Shown here piece after piece: positions 45,728 to 59,675 of a DNA stretch of 64,000 bases (its first letter is position 1; each line of letters opens with the position of its first letter). The notes under the pieces were generated by a model. It did not search any database, was not told where the DNA came from, and saw only the letters and a program-made list of their open reading frames with translations. Origin of the DNA: the human T2T-CHM13v2.0 reference genome, Homo sapiens; assembly GCF_009914755.1 (NCBI RefSeq), contig NC_060932.1. The stretch is one strand, 5' to 3'. Position numbers and translations under genes: made by a program.

Positions 45728-46506
45728 TGTAACACAACAAGAAATATGTATATTTGGTCTTTGCCCTGTTGTTGACACACAGCTTCTAAAACCCTTGGTA
45801 TCTCGTAAGTGATTAGAATGTGTTTTACATGCTAATGAGATAACTGATGGTTGGGTCTCCTAGATAGCTTCAGGATGAGGGCTGGTTGCCAAAGGAACCA
45901 ACCCTTGGAGAGGAGAAGGGCTGTAGATAGAGTCATTCACCAATGGCCAATGACTTAACCAGTCATATTTACACAATAAAATCACACACAAAAAAAAACC
46001 CTATACAACAAGGTTCAAAGCAATTCTGGGCTGGTGAACATGTGAAGGTGCTGGGAGGGTGCTGTGCCAGGAGAGAACACGGCAGCTCTGCACCCCTCTC
46101 CCTCCCATAGCTGGTCCTATGCATCTCTTCCATTTGGCTGGTTCTGAGTTGTATTTTTTGAATAATAAATCAGTAATAACAAGTGCACTGTTTTCCTGAG
46201 TTCTGTGAGCCATTCTAGCAAATTATTGAACCTAGGGAGGGTGTCATGGGATTGATAGCCAAGATTTTACCCAATTTATAATTAGTTGGTCAGAAATAGG
46301 AGAGGTCCAGAACTAGCTATTGGTATCTGAAGCAGGGGCAGCCTTGCAGGGCCTTTAACTTGTGGGATCTGATGTTAACTCCAGGTAGACTGTGTCAGAA
46401 CTGGATTGAATTGTAGGACACCAGCTGGTGTCTGTAGAATCGGTGAATTGATTGGTGTAAGAAAAACCCCACACATTGGGTGTGAGAGGTGTGGTGATGA
46501 AAAACA
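45728..46506 (+). mobile_element. Solo LTR, MER21B/C-like
   Basis: aagaaatatgtatatttggtctttgccc...ttcctgagttctgtgagccattctagcaaattattgaacc...gtgtcagaactggattgaattgtaggacacc. Confidence 0.82.
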
Positions 46507-46847
46507 GTCATGGGGTGGAGCGGGGAATCTGCACTTTAAGATCTCCCTTTGTGAGCCCCCTGAGAACCCCAGATTTATGGAACAAGCATACAAAATCAAT
46601 CTGAGTTTGTTTAAATCCTGCCTTGTCTTTTGCTATGTGTCCCTGGACTCATCACTTACATGCCCCATGACCAGAATGTGCAGAGAGACTTTGCACAGCT
46701 ACATAAAATAGAACCAGGTCCTTATTTATTAATGATTTAGGGCTTCATATTTTGTCATTCCTTTGGATCTGCAAACACACTTTTCTCCTGGAAGTTCCTG
46801 GATGAATGCTGGAAGCCTATTTAATTGATAATGTGGCATTGCATGGC

Positions 46848-47062
46848 CTAGTGCTGAAACTTGGGGCTGCTGAAGACACAGCTGACCCTCTGAATGCTCC
46901 CAAGTGCCAGCAGGGCTCTGCCCACGACTGTGCTGGCTGCCTCCACTGCACAGGGCATCCAGCCCCCAGCCCACTGCCCACACAGACCCTCCTAGCGTGG
47001 ACCAGCTCTGCCTGGGGAACAGAAAGTGCTCTCTTTCTTTCCTCACCCCAAACAGTGGGTTA
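46848..47062 (+). repeat. Copy 1 of a ~200-bp dispersed direct repeat (copy 2 at 47957-48156)
   Basis: ctagtgctgaaac...gaccctctgaatgctccc...catccagcccccagcccactg...aaacagtgggtta present in both copies. Confidence 0.93.
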
Positions 47063-47352
47063 CCAAATATTTGATCTTTGCAATTTGATATGTTAGAAAT
47101 AGTATCTCAGTATAGATTTCACATGCATTCATCTTACAGTCAACAAAATTGAGCATTTTTTCATAGGTTGAAGAGCTATTTTTGCTTCCTTGCCCATTAC
47201 TATTGTAAACAAAAAAGTGACTGAGGCAGGTCTCAATTGATTTGAGGTTTATTTAGTCAAGGTTGAGGAGGAACCCAGGAAAAACACAAACCACAGGAGC
47301 ATCCGTGTTCTCTGCTTTCTCCAAAGATGGTTTGGGGAACTTCAGTATTTAA

Positions 47353-47692
<340 letters not shown>

Positions 47693-47956
47693 AGCAATTC
47701 TTGAAAAGGAGGGAGGGTAGGCAATGAGGCAGGTAGTTACATTCTTGTGAGGCTCTGATTAGTGCTTAGTGAATCTACATTTTACAAGTGAAAGGAAGGG
47801 GTAGAGGAAAAAGTCAGTTATGTGTTCGTCTTGAGGTAGGTACAGGAATGATTTCTGTTCTTGCCCTTCTCCTGTACCTGAGAAAATAAGCTGGTAATTG
47901 GCATTGTCAGGGTGAGATTTAACAGAACTCTCTTTTAGAGCTAATTTGTAGGAGGT

Positions 47957-48156
47957 CTAGTGCTGAAACCTGGGGGTGCTGAAGACACTGCTGACCCTCT
48001 GAATGCTCCCAGGTGCCAGCAGGGCTCTGCCCATGACTGTGCCTGCTGCCCCCACTGCACAGGACATCCAGCCCCCAGCCCACTGTCCACCCAGAAACAG
48101 CTCTGCCTGGGAAAGGAAAAGTGCTTTCTTCCTTTCCTCACCCAAACAGTGGGTTA
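47957..48156 (+). repeat. Copy 2 of the ~200-bp direct repeat, inside the MER4 LTR
   Basis: Aligns to 46848-47062 with substitutions and a ~13-bp deletion. Confidence 0.93.
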
Positions 48157-48539
48157 TATATCCTGAAAGAGGTAGAGCCCACTAGGGAAAAATGCAACCT
48201 TCTTTCCTTGCAGGAATCTGGCTTATGGATAAGGCTATGACACAGGGTTGTGAAATTACAGCTGTCTCCTTGGGAGCAAAAGGAAGGCAGCTTTGCATGA
48301 CTCAGTTCCCACCTTTGGCACAGTGAGTTTGGGGTACTGAGAGTCTATCTTTTTCACACTATCCGTTACTTTTGCCTATTTTCTGTTGGCTTATTGATCT
48401 CTATTGATTTTTAGGAACACTACATGGAGCTGTTTAAAATATAGTTCTTTGAGAGACAAGCTTAAAATATTTTCCACAGTTTCACATTTCTCATTCCAAC
48501 AATTTTGTGTTTCTCAAGTCTTCTCAATCTTCTTGTGGG

Positions 48540-48542
48540 GTG

Positions 48543-48577
<35 letters not shown>
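48540..48577. repeat. (TG)n microsatellite, interrupted
   Basis: Directly visible. Confidence 0.95.
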
Positions 48578-48578
<1 letters not shown>

Positions 48579-49590
48579 GCTTTGTTTTTCTCCTTAGAAT
48601 TGTTTTCTTGTTTTCTGGATCTGTCTTGTTTTCTGTTTTGTTTTGTTTGCAGTTTCTGGAGTTGTCATATTTTAGAAGAGTTATTTTCTTCTGTGGGTTA
48701 TCAAGCTCAGGTCTGGTGCTGGGAGGAGCTGAATTTCACTGGTTCTGAAAGGCAAAGGAGCCTTTTGCTGTTCATCTGCAGCTTTGTGTTTCTCAGCAAT
48801 CCTTCAGCCTGGGAATGATTTAGCTCACCCGTGCTCCTCCCTCCTGATCCTTTGAAGGTCAGGTGGATTTAGCATAATCACACTGGTCAACACCAAACTT
48901 CTTCCTGCCGGGGTCCTGGGAGCATGAAGCATCAAGCATTTTCTGAGATTTACTAGCATCACACCTTTGTCCTGGGCTCCTTGCTAAGTCTCTCAGCAGA
49001 GCTTGAGGCCTTCAAGTCAGTAGCCACCTGCCTAGGAGAGGCTGGTAGCTGGTAGCCAGAAGTTGAGATGGAGGGTTCTGGAGTCAGGCTCCATGATAAA
49101 TTCCTAGATTAATCAAGCAGAATAACAGCTTTATATATTAAATCTTTCTTTCCAAGAACATAGTCTTTCATTTGTTTAAATCTTCACTTTTTTCTGTTGG
49201 GCACATTTAGAGTTTTCTCCTATAGTTCTTGCACATCTATTGTTAATGTCTAAGTATTTTATTTATTCCTCTGTATCTCTAAGCAAGTCGACCCCTAAGT
49301 ATTTTATTATCTTTGTAGATATTGTAAGAATTATTTGCTTCTAGTATGTTGTTTTATTATTCCTTCAATTGTTATTTGTAAAGGGCTTTCAGTTATTTGA
49401 GGAGATTTCAAGGTACATTATCAATTTATTTGCAAATGATATGCAGATTTGAGTAATATCAAATGACAGTAGATATGCTTGTCTTGATTCTGGTGTTAAT
49501 GGGACTGCTTCCAGTTTTTTCATTGTGCACAATGGTTAATAGGTAGGTATTATCAACTTGTAAGTGTTCTTAATATTCATGTGTTAAGAT

Positions 49591-49833
49591 TTTTTTTTTA
49601 TTATACTTTAAGTTTTAGGGTACGTGTGCACATTGTGCAGGTTAGTTACATATGTATACGTGTGCCATGCTGGTGCGCTGCACCCACTAACTCGTCATCT
49701 AGCATTAGGTATATCTCCCAATGCTATCCCTCTCCCCTCCCCCTACCCCACAACAGTCCCCAGAGTGTGATATTCCCCTTCCTGTGTCCATGTGATCTCA
49801 TTGTTCAATTCCCACCTATGAGTGAGAATATGC
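49591..49833 (-). mobile_element. Short 5'-truncated L1PA2-like insertion (3'UTR only)
   Basis: gctagatgacGAGttagtggg (non-Ta) and gagatcacatgg...aatatcac on -; perfect TSD CATGTGTTAAGATTTTTT starting at 49578 and 49833. Confidence 0.93.
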
Positions 49834-50267
49834 ATGTGTTAAGATTTTTTTATTAAAATGGATGTTGAATTTTTCAAAAATATTTAACATGAAACTCTAC
49901 AAATCATTTTTCTTTTTAATTTAATATGAATCTATGATAAATCTTATTCATACGTTTAAAAATGGAAATATCTTGATATCCTACAAATAAAGCCTACTTA
50001 TTCTTGGTATGTTATTTTAAAAATATGTTTTAGGATTCTGTTTTTTGTGTTTCATTTGGGATTTTTTGTCTGTAATTTTATGTGTGTGTGTGTTTTCTTA
50101 TTGGATGTACAGTTTATTATTTTCCTCATTTCATGAGGAATTTAAAGAATATACTTTTAAATATTCTGAAACAATTTAAATAGCATTAGAATAATTAGTT
50201 TTCTAAAGATTTTGGTAGCATCTCACTCTGAACCTGTATCTGTTATGACATAGAAATGATATTTCAG

Positions 50268-50269
<2 letters not shown>

Positions 50270-50308
<39 letters not shown>
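50270..50308. repeat. (TG)n microsatellite, ~19 pure units
   Basis: Directly visible. Confidence 0.97.
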
Positions 50309-50309
<1 letters not shown>

Positions 50310-51098
50310 TAGGGAGAAGGGTTGGTTAGATTAATGACAATCATCTTGTCTCTTGTAAGTATCTAATCATGCAATTTATATTTTCCTGTTATCATTTCTT
50401 TCTTTGTGCTGTTCAGAATATATTCTGTGCTGCTAAATATTCCTTTACTTCTATTATTCATCTTATGATCTTTAAACAATATAGATGGACTGCAATTTTT
50501 TTTAAATGAAATTAGCATATTTTCATCACCTCCCACGTTTCCTTCCTCTACTTCTTCAAAATATTGATTTGGGACATTTATATTTACCTGATAGTCTCTA
50601 ATCCTTGCATTTGTTTTAGTCTGGTGTATTCAATTAATTCGATTCAGGGCTTATTTTTCCATTTGTAGGTGGGCTGATATTCATGCTATGCTCTTTCAAG
50701 ATGAATGCATGATGGAAATATTATCTATCTCTTTTTAATATTATCAAATATTTTGTCTCTTGCTTTTACACTTGAATGAGAGTTCAGACGGGTATAGAAA
50801 TAGGGGAATCTTGTCTTCTTTCTCAAACACTTTGCTCAGCTCTGCTCATGTTCCACTGAATGCTTCTGTGGAGACTATTTTTTCCCTTTTGAGCATCTTA
50901 ATGTTTTTGTCTTGTTGCCCCAAAATCTCTTTCTTATTTTTGATGTCCAGAAACATTACCACAATATGTCTTGCTGTAGAATTCTTGGTGTAATTTTTCC
51001 TGGAATCAAATATTTTCTTTAAATCTGCATATTCATGTCTGTTTATTTCTTGAAAGTTTTATTGCTTTATAAACTTTTGATAACTTTCTTAAGTTTTA

Positions 51099-51180
51099 TT
51101 TACATTGGACTTATTTTAAATGAGGATGTGGGGGAATTCATTACATTGGACTTATTTTGGATGAGGATGTGGGGGGATTC
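51099..51180. repeat. ~41-bp tandem duplication (2 copies)
   Basis: ttacattggacttatttt(aa/gg)atgaggatgtggggg(a/g)attc twice. Confidence 0.9.
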
Positions 51181-54100
51181 AATTATGCATGTTTTGAGTC
51201 TTATTTGCTCCTCTTCTTTCTATTTATTTTTCTGTATTTAGTTACTTATTTCTGTTCTATTTGGTTCACTTTAATCATCTTCATCTTCTTTGTTTTTTGT
51301 GATGTTTATACTCTAGTGTTCACAGCTTTCAATTTTGCCTTCATTTCTATGATCCACTTTTGCTTCAAATTTTTCCCCTTTATGCTTCTAATTTTTCTGC
51401 CAACTCTTATTTCATTGTCTTTTGTAGTTTTGTAATTTCTTTTCTGACTTTTTACATCTTGTCTTTTTGATATCATTTTTTATAAAAGGGGATTATTTCA
51501 GATTTTAAAAAATTCATTGCAAAAAGCCGATTGAATCCTTATCTGCTTCAATCACCATATTAAGCTTTTTTTTTTTTTCTGCTGAGTGCTCCCTGTCATT
51601 CCTATGTTCTAGGTTCTTTTCTCTTTTCTTTATCCTCAAAAATTTTATAGGTCTTGTGGTGGCCTTTTTTTGAGAAATCATATTTGAATAAGTCATGCTC
51701 AAAAGGGAGAAAACAGCCTCCACAGCAGCATGAAACAGAACAAGAGAAGAGAGCGGAGTAAAGTGCTCGAGAAACGAGACAAGGTTCCCAGACTATATAC
51801 CCATTTAAACTTTCATTCAAATATGAAAGCAAACACTGTAGAAACCGCGAAATCATGGGCAAGCTAATCACCAAATACATGTAAAAGATGGAGGTCAGAC
51901 GCTTGTTCCAAGCTAGCATTGATTTTTTTATGATGCAAATATAGATGTTCTCTTTTAATCTTTCTTTACTTCTGCATAGCCAATTAAGATAAACAGCCAC
52001 ATAGTGTCCAGAGTGAACATCTCTCTCCTCTCACATCAGGCCCAACGGGTAGATGTTTCCTGCAAATACAACTTGACTATGGGATTTTTCATGCAGCTGA
52101 GTCTTTCTCTACTTCTTGGAGCCATAAGTGTGTCCAAAAGAATATCCTATTCTCATTTTTGCATCCACGAGACTTTGGATTCTCACCTCGCATATAGCCC
52201 TACTCTAGGGTGTCAACATTGCCGGTTTGTTCTGGGATCTATGACACACTTGTGCTATTGTGAAATCTTGTCATACTTCTAAACCATCTTCACACTTTTT
52301 CCATTATTTTTCAGGGATTCAAACATTTTCTAGTTTTTCAAAGGAAGTTTCTTCTTTTATTTTTGTGGAATAACACAACTCATGAGCATGCCTTAAGCAA
52401 CATTGGAGTATATAATTAATTCTTCGGTACTATCAAATTTTAAAATCTATGTGTAGAAAATAAGGATAAATTTCATTCCTATAAGAGACAGGAAAACTTA
52501 TAATTAAGTTCCACAGGGGACAGCTAATTAAAATGTTATCTTGACACTAGCTGTTTCACATTCTGTCACCGGTCTCTCTTCTCAGCAAAAGGTACATTTT
52601 TAAGTAAGTTCACTTTTCTCAAAGGCCTCATTAAGTGAGCTGATTTCTGGACACAAAGATAAGCCCAAATATTTGGTTGTGATGTTCTGTGTCCTGACAC
52701 CAATAAATTTAACCTAAATTCCCAGAGATGTTGCCAAGGTAATTTCCTATTACCATCCTTATGAGAATAGTTGATGGCTCCCAGGAAAATGAGATGATTT
52801 TGAAATATGAATCTTTTTATTGATATACTGAAACTTTATCATTGGGAAAACACATTCAGGGACTTATAAATACAACTACTAATAAGTCTAATCTTTGTTT
52901 TGATGTTTGATGAGAGGTTGATGGAAAGAAAATGGATGTGGAATAAGGATATCCAACTAAAGTTGTATTGAATGTTAAGAAGGACAATCTCTTCACCACA
53001 AAATGTTATACTCTTATTTAAGAGGTAATAAACATTACTTATTAAATCTTGCTCTAAAAGTTAACTACTACCTTTAACCAGTGTGGAAATAATTCTTGAC
53101 TTTCTTGGCCATTAACCTTTGAGACTTAAACCTTATTATAATATGCACAACTTGATAAATAATTTTATAATTCATTTATTTTCAAGCAAAAGGGGCACTG
53201 CTGAAAGAAAATTTATCTAATTCATAAATTATGCAGATAAAATGCAAATAGACATAGTATGGTCCCATCAGTTGACTTACTGCTGAACACTCTGACATCT
53301 GAAAAATAAATGGCTAGAAAATGTACAGGTAGGACATACAGAAAGAGCAAATTGGTAGAGGGCTGTGCCCTGGCACTCCATCTAAGTGCTTCTTTATTGA
53401 ACCACGGCCCTCTACAGGTAAGGGGTGTTATGCTATTATCCGGTGTTTACAGAGTCCATCTGAACATTGTTTTTTTAATAGGTGGTTTCATCACTTGTTT
53501 GCTTGTTTTTTGGTTTTTGCTTTGTCTGAATATATTTAAGCCATGTGAAATGCAAATTTGGCTAATTAATTAGCTTCTCTGGTCCAAATAGCTAAGTAGT
53601 AACTTCAGATCTCAACCATTTCAATGTAGTCAATAAATCTTTCCTTTTTGGGCAAAAAGTAGCATATATCTGTATCTATCTCTATCTCTGTATCTGTATG
53701 TTTAGGGTCTTGAAGGGCCAATTTGACTGGATTTATAAGTTGAGATAATTCACATAAGTTCTCAGTATTCAGGCCCTTAATCTGTATTTAAGTTTCTGTT
53801 GTATGGTTTGCTCCTGAAGAAGTTCTGGGTCATGGTATGCTGGCTTTGCTCCACTGCTGTTGTGTTCTTCACATGTGCTTTGGGCCTTGTGCATTTTCTC
53901 ACTCTATATTTAGATAACAAATTCTAGGAATTAAGGTAGGTGTTGAGCAAATTCCGTTACTCTTTCTTTCATTCTTTCATTCAACAAATCCTTCTTTAAA
54001 GCTGGGGCCTGCAGTAGGACCTGGTGATCCATCAGGAAGCCAGAATGGAGAAGGGCCTGCTTTTTGTCATTCTGCTGTGAAGCATTTACTGCAGGGGGTC

Positions 54101-55614
54101 TGATCATTTTGGTCCTTAAGGGAATGAAGGTAATGAGGCAAATTTTATGATATATACAGGAATCACTCCCATTCTCCTGATTTTTGACTAAGTTCTTTTG
54201 AAGATATTCTGGCTTACAAAGTTGCTGTTGCTCAGAATTAAATACCTTTTAAGATAAAACCTGTCATGAATCCCACCCATTTTTTGCTCCTAGGAAACAC
54301 CTAAGGAGGATATCTAACAGCTTAGCCAAATGTTTTTCTGAAAGTATATTCTTGAATAAAAAATAAACACAATTTTTTTTCTTAGAAGGAAGGAGGAAAA
54401 ATATAATTTCCAGAAAATGGATTGAAGTAGAGATAAAAATTATGAAGAAAAGTGGCCTTTTAAAAAAATCAAAGTAAGAAAAAGCAGATTTTAGATCATC
54501 TACATGGTTAAATGGGTAAAGTATCCTCTTTTGGAATGTATGACATATTTAATCTTCAGGTAGTTACAATTTAACTTATTTGCTTTTTATTAACTTGTTT
54601 GTTTAATTGAAATAATAGAATGATATGGTAAAAGTTTCAAACACTGTACAAACGTCTATGTCAACATGCTTTTCTCCCTCCCACATCAGACCAGCAACTT
54701 CTCAGGCTCCTTCCTCAGATGTGGACAATGTCTTCAGCTTTTTGTATTTATTTTTGAAGGCTCTCTAGGTATACACATGTCCAGATCCACCTTTTTACAT
54801 TCATTTGGGAGAATACAAATACATACTAATCTTCACCTTGCTTTTTCCACTTGACAATATTTCTTGCAGATTATGTCATATAATGTAAAGATACAGACTG
54901 ATCAAATTTTTTATAGCTCTTTTATTTTTTTCAAATGCAATATCAAATAATATTTGCTTCCCACTCCAACTGAAAGGTAGGTCTGCAATGAGCTAAGTTT
55001 CCCTGAGCCCTACCAATGGCCTGTTCATTCAGCAGAGGATGGGACAGGGTCTTCTTGTCTTATGGCTAAGCAACTAAGGAACCACTAGGTGACAGAGTTG
55101 TTGGGGCTTTTCATTACTATCTTCAGAGAGCCACCATGGGTCTGGGTGACATCCAATCAAAACTTTCTTTTCCTTGTTTAGAAGACAAAGAGGCAATTTT
55201 TTTTTTCTAATATGTGTATTGAGACGACACTATCAAAAAGAGTAAGCAGATAGAATTTCTCAACAGAGCAAGGAATTAGCAAATGTTTCATAGTCTTTGG
55301 TAGTACAGAAGTACAGAATAATTTTTGAAAGTGGTGCAGAGACCTCTTTGTATAGCCAATGGTCATACTCTTTTAGTCTCCATACTCCCAAGAGAAGAGA
55401 GAACCCTTTCTGATGGTGCCCAGACTTTCAGACTCCTTTCGAGGAATTCCCAAGAGCCTTTGAGAGCAAAGTTAAATTGCTGGATCCAAGTGTATTTGGA
55501 ATTTAGTTTTGAAAGATACTTATAAATTTCTCTCCTAAAATGTTGTAGTGATTTACATTCCAACTAAAAAGTTTCTCTGCTCTGGGGATCAGAGTGTATA
55601 TTTTTAAAGTGTTT

Positions 55615-56061
55615 TCATTTTTTTTTCAGCTTTATTGAGGTATGAATGAAATACAAAAGCCTGTATATGTTTAATGTATACACTTAGTTGAGTTTGGACA
55701 TCTGTATTCACCTGTGACACCATTACTACAATCAAAGTAATGAATATATCCATCACCTCTAAAAGTTTTCTTTTTTTAACTTTTTCATTTTTTTTTTCTG
55801 TGGTAAGCATACTCAATATGAGATCTTCCCTTTTAACCAATGTTTTAGTGCACTGCATGGTAATGTTAACTATAGGCACTATGTTGTAAAGCAAATCTCT
55901 GTAACTTATTCACCTTGATAACTGTAACTTTATTATTTACTTTTTAATGATATAGATGCAGTTTTAATATGGAAAGATGACTGCGATATAAGTAAACATA
56001 CATTTTAATGTCTGCCATTATCTGGTTTTATGTCTTTTAAAATTTTCTTTTAACTGACAAA

Positions 56062-56102
<41 letters not shown>

Positions 56103-56680
56103 TATATATTTATTATGTACAATGTCTTGTGAAATATGTATACACTATGGAATGGCTAAATTGAACTAATTAACATATGCATTATCTCACATGTTTGTCA
56201 TCTTTTTGTGGTGAGAGCACTCAAAATCTACTGTCTTAGCAGTTTTCAAGAATGCAATACTGTGTTTATAACTGGAACTTTATATACATTGAACAGCAGC
56301 TCCCCATTTCCCCTTCCCCATCCTTGGTGACCACCATGCTATTTTCTGCTATAGGTTTGACTACTGCAGGCCCCTCATATAACGGGAAATCATGCCATAT
56401 TTGTTCTTCTCTGACTGACTTATTTCACTTAGCATAATGTCTTCCAGGTCTGTTTAGTTTTTATTTTTATTTTTTAGATTTTTTACTTTTGATTATTGAG
56501 ATACATAATAGCTGTACATATTCAGATCTATTGGCATTGCTGCAAATGGTAGGATTTATTTCTTTTCTAAGGCTGAATAATATTTCATTGTATGTATATA
56601 TCACACTTTATCCATTCATCTGTTAATAGATATTTGGATTATTTCCATGTCTTGGCTATTGTGAATAACAATGCATGAAC
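55615..56680 (-). mobile_element. L1MA8-like 3' end interrupted by two younger short L1MA insertions (55934-56267 and ~56455-56522)
   Basis: cagctttattgaggtat...atgagatcttccctttta...ctataggcactatgttg; resumes at 56268 after a duplicated ataactg(t/g)aactttat. Confidence 0.75.
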
Positions 56681-56884
56681 ATTTATGCCAACCTTATAGT
56701 TAAATTGATAACTCAGAGTTGTTTAATTTGTCTTTCCTAAATGGCCTCTTCAAATGCTTTTGGGCCATTTGTATTTATTTTTTGTCTAAACTCTTGCCTA
56801 CTTTTTAAATTGAATTATTGATTTTTTTCTTCATCATTTGTAAGTTCTATGTATTAAAAAATATGTCTTCGGATATATTGCAAA

Positions 56885-57188
56885 CATTTTTTCTTTTTTT
56901 CTTTTTGAGACAGGGTCTTGCTCTACTGCCCAGGCTGGAGTGCAGTGACACAATCATGGCTCACTGGAGCCTCAACCTCTCAGGCTCAATTAATCCTCCT
57001 ACCTCAGCTTCCTGAGTAGGTGGGATTACAGGCATGTGCCACCACATCCTGCTAAATTTTTTTTTTTTTTTGTAGGGAAGGGTCTTGCTATGTTGCCAGG
57101 CTGGTGTTGAACTCCTGGGCTTAAGCAATCTTCCTGTCTTGGTCTCCCAAAGTGCTGAGATTATAGGCATGAGCCACTGTGCCCAGCT
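56885..57188 (-). mobile_element. AluJ
   Basis: gagacagggtcttgctct...atcatggctcactg..gcctcaacc...ctcctgggcttaagc. Confidence 0.92.
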
Positions 57189-57361
57189 TGCACAGTTTTT
57201 CTGTTGATTGTTTTACTTTTTATGCTAAAATTTCTGTACTCAAAATTATCAATTGCTTTATATATGGTTTCTGAATTTTATGCTTGGCATAGAAGGGTCT
57301 TCCTGTCTCCAAGTTCATGAAAATAATTTTGCCTCATTATCTCACAGGTTTTTTTCAGTTT

Positions 57362-57676
57362 TTCTTTTTTCTTTTTTTCTTTTTTTTTTTTTTTTGAGAC
57401 GGAGTCTTGCTCTGTCACCCAGGCTGGAGTGAAGTGGTGCAATCTCAGCTCACTGCAAGCTCCGCCTCCCACTTCAAGTCATTCTCCAGCCTCAGCCTCC
57501 CCAGTAGCTGGGACTACAGGCACCCGCCACCACCTAGGCTAATTTTTTTTTGTATTTTTAGTAGAGACAGAGTTTCATCTGTTAGCCAGGATGGTCTCAA
57601 TCTCCTGACCTCATGATCCGCCTGCCTCGGCCTCCCAAAGTGCTGGGATTACAGGCTTGAGCCATCACGCCCGGCT
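57362..57676 (-). mobile_element. Alu (AluY-like, diverged)
   Basis: ctgcaagctccgcctccc, cattctcc, gggactacaggcacccgccacc, gttagccaggatggtctc. Confidence 0.9.
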
Positions 57677-57836
57677 TCACATATCTTTAATTTAAATCAT
57701 TGATTGATTTGGAATTGATTTTGGTGGATTTTTCCTTTAGCATTATACCCTAAATTCCTGCATGGTTTTAGTACATTTCTAGTCTCTGTATTTATTCCAT
57801 TGATCTATTTATTAATACATAAGAATCAGAATGGTT

Positions 57837-58262
57837 TGTGTGTTAGAGAGAATAATGTCCCCAGTCTCCAGAACCTGTGGATCTGTTAGCTGCACATAGA
57901 TGATTCGCATAAGGGTTCTGACACAAGGAGAATGCCCTGGAGGACCCAAGTGAGCCCAGTGTCATCAAGGGCAGGAGAGTCAGAGTCAGGCAAGGAGATG
58001 AGGAAGCAACAGGCAGAGAGGAGGGAGCGAAAGGAGCCTCACTACTGGTTCTGGGATGGAGGAAGGGCCGGGAGCCGAGGAATGCAGGCAGCCTCTGGAA
58101 GCTGGAAGAGGAAGAAATGGATTCTCCCATGAGCCTTTAGAAGGAGCCAGCGCTGCTGACCCATGTTGGGCTTCTGACCTCTAGAGCTGTAAGAGAATAC
58201 ACTTGTGTTGTTTAAAGCCACTTAGTTTGTGGTAATTTGTTACAGCAGCCATAGGAAATATA
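57837..58262 (+). mobile_element. MaLR solo LTR (MLT1D-like)
   Basis: gagccgaggaatgcaggcagcctctggaagctgga...aagccacttagtttgtggtaatttgttacagcagccataggaaa. Confidence 0.85.
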
Positions 58263-59275
58263 TTTTACTCTAACTTGAAAATAAAAAGCTGTTACACTTG
58301 TTGGCCTTTTCCCCCTTGTAGCACTTCTATTTCAAGATTTTCCTACCTCTTTTTATATGTCTGTTTTTCCAAATAAACTTTCCACATAGCTTGTTCTGTT
58401 TCAAAACTATTCTGTCACCATTTTTATTGCCATTACATTAAATTTTTCAATTCGATTAGGAAAAATTGATGTTTTTTACAAAATCACGTATCAAAGTCTT
58501 AACCAACTTTTGGATAGGTTAGTCAGTGACAGGTCATTCAGGACTTGGAAGTTATCAGGGAAAATAGTCAGGCACCCGCATTGTCCTAAGGTGAAAACTG
58601 ATCCCTTGACAAAGCAGAGGCAGTCACCACGGAAAGGATTAGGGAATGTTGCCTGAGACAGGAGGCCTGACAGAGACTCCTGAATGACCTAGTGCTGAAT
58701 CCTCTTTGCTTGTGGAAATAATCTACCCAGATTTCAGACAGGATTGGTAAGTTGGAGCCTCGGGCAAGCCTGTTCCATGGCGTAAAGTAGAGCCAGCTAC
58801 GAAAAGGAAACCCAATTCAGTCCTGATCCCGCTTTCCTCCATGGGACCCCTTCACTAAGGCATAGGGAAGATACAGCTCTTGGGGCCCTCTACACCTTTA
58901 TTAGGGAGAATCCTCAAAGAATGTTAGCAAACTTAATTTTAAAAGGAATACCATTAGCGCTCTTTGTGAAGTTTATTTAAAATAGGGTTGCATGATTTTA
59001 GTGTATTAAGATGGTATATTTTACTTAAAACATGTTTTGATCACTGAATCAAAGTGTATAATACATATACAAGCCAAAAGCAGTGCTTGCTGGAGGTAAG
59101 GTGCTGTGTCCTTCACTGCAATTGTCTCTCTTACATTACAACGTTTTAAAGACTGAAGAGAGAGCTTTGGAAGAACAAGAAAATAGAGGGCAAGTAAAGA
59201 AGTATTCATGTATGAAACGTGTGTTTAGTCATTGAGAAAGCACAAATTAGATATCAGGTGTTAAACATGCATAAT

Positions 59276-59675
59276 CCAGATTTGCTCTTTTTGCTTCATA
59301 TTGCTTCAGCTACACAGGGTCTTTTTTGGTTCCATATGAACTTTAGGATTGTTTTTTCTAGTTCTTTGAAGAATGATGATGGTACTTTGATGAGAATTGC
59401 TTTGAATCTATAGATTGCTTTTGGCAGTATGGTCATTTTTACAATATTGATTCTTTCCATCCATGAGCATGAGATGTGTTTTCATTTGTTCGTGTCATCT
59501 ATGATTCCTTTCAGCAGTGTTTTGTAGTTTTCCTCATAGACATCTTTCACCTCCTTGGTTAAGTATATTCCCAGGTATTTTATTTTATTTTATTTTACTT
59601 TATTATTTTGCAGCTGTTGTAAAAGGAATTGAATTCTTGATTTGATTCTCAGCTTGGTGGTTGTTGGTATATAGC
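59276..59675 (-). mobile_element. Isolated internal L1 ORF2 fragment (L1PB-like)
   Basis: ttggttccatatgaactttagg...ttcacctccttggttaagtatattcc; similar to 23990-24372. Confidence 0.85.

Larger units (their letters stand above)
49130..51700 (-). mobile_element. Very old, patchy L1M fragments
   Basis: T-rich degenerate L1-like text (cctaagtattttatt, atgcttgtcttgattctg, aatggatgttgaattttttcaaa). Confidence 0.45.

Noticed and set aside
50760-52282. Hydrophobic ORFs of 70-130 aa
   Set aside because: T-rich decayed L1-like sequence yields Phe/Leu/Ile-rich frames by composition.
58531-58690. 13-bp inverted repeat aggtcattcagga / tcctgaatgacct as possible MITE ends
   Set aside because: No TSD and no family recognised; one such match in 64 kb is not clearly above chance.
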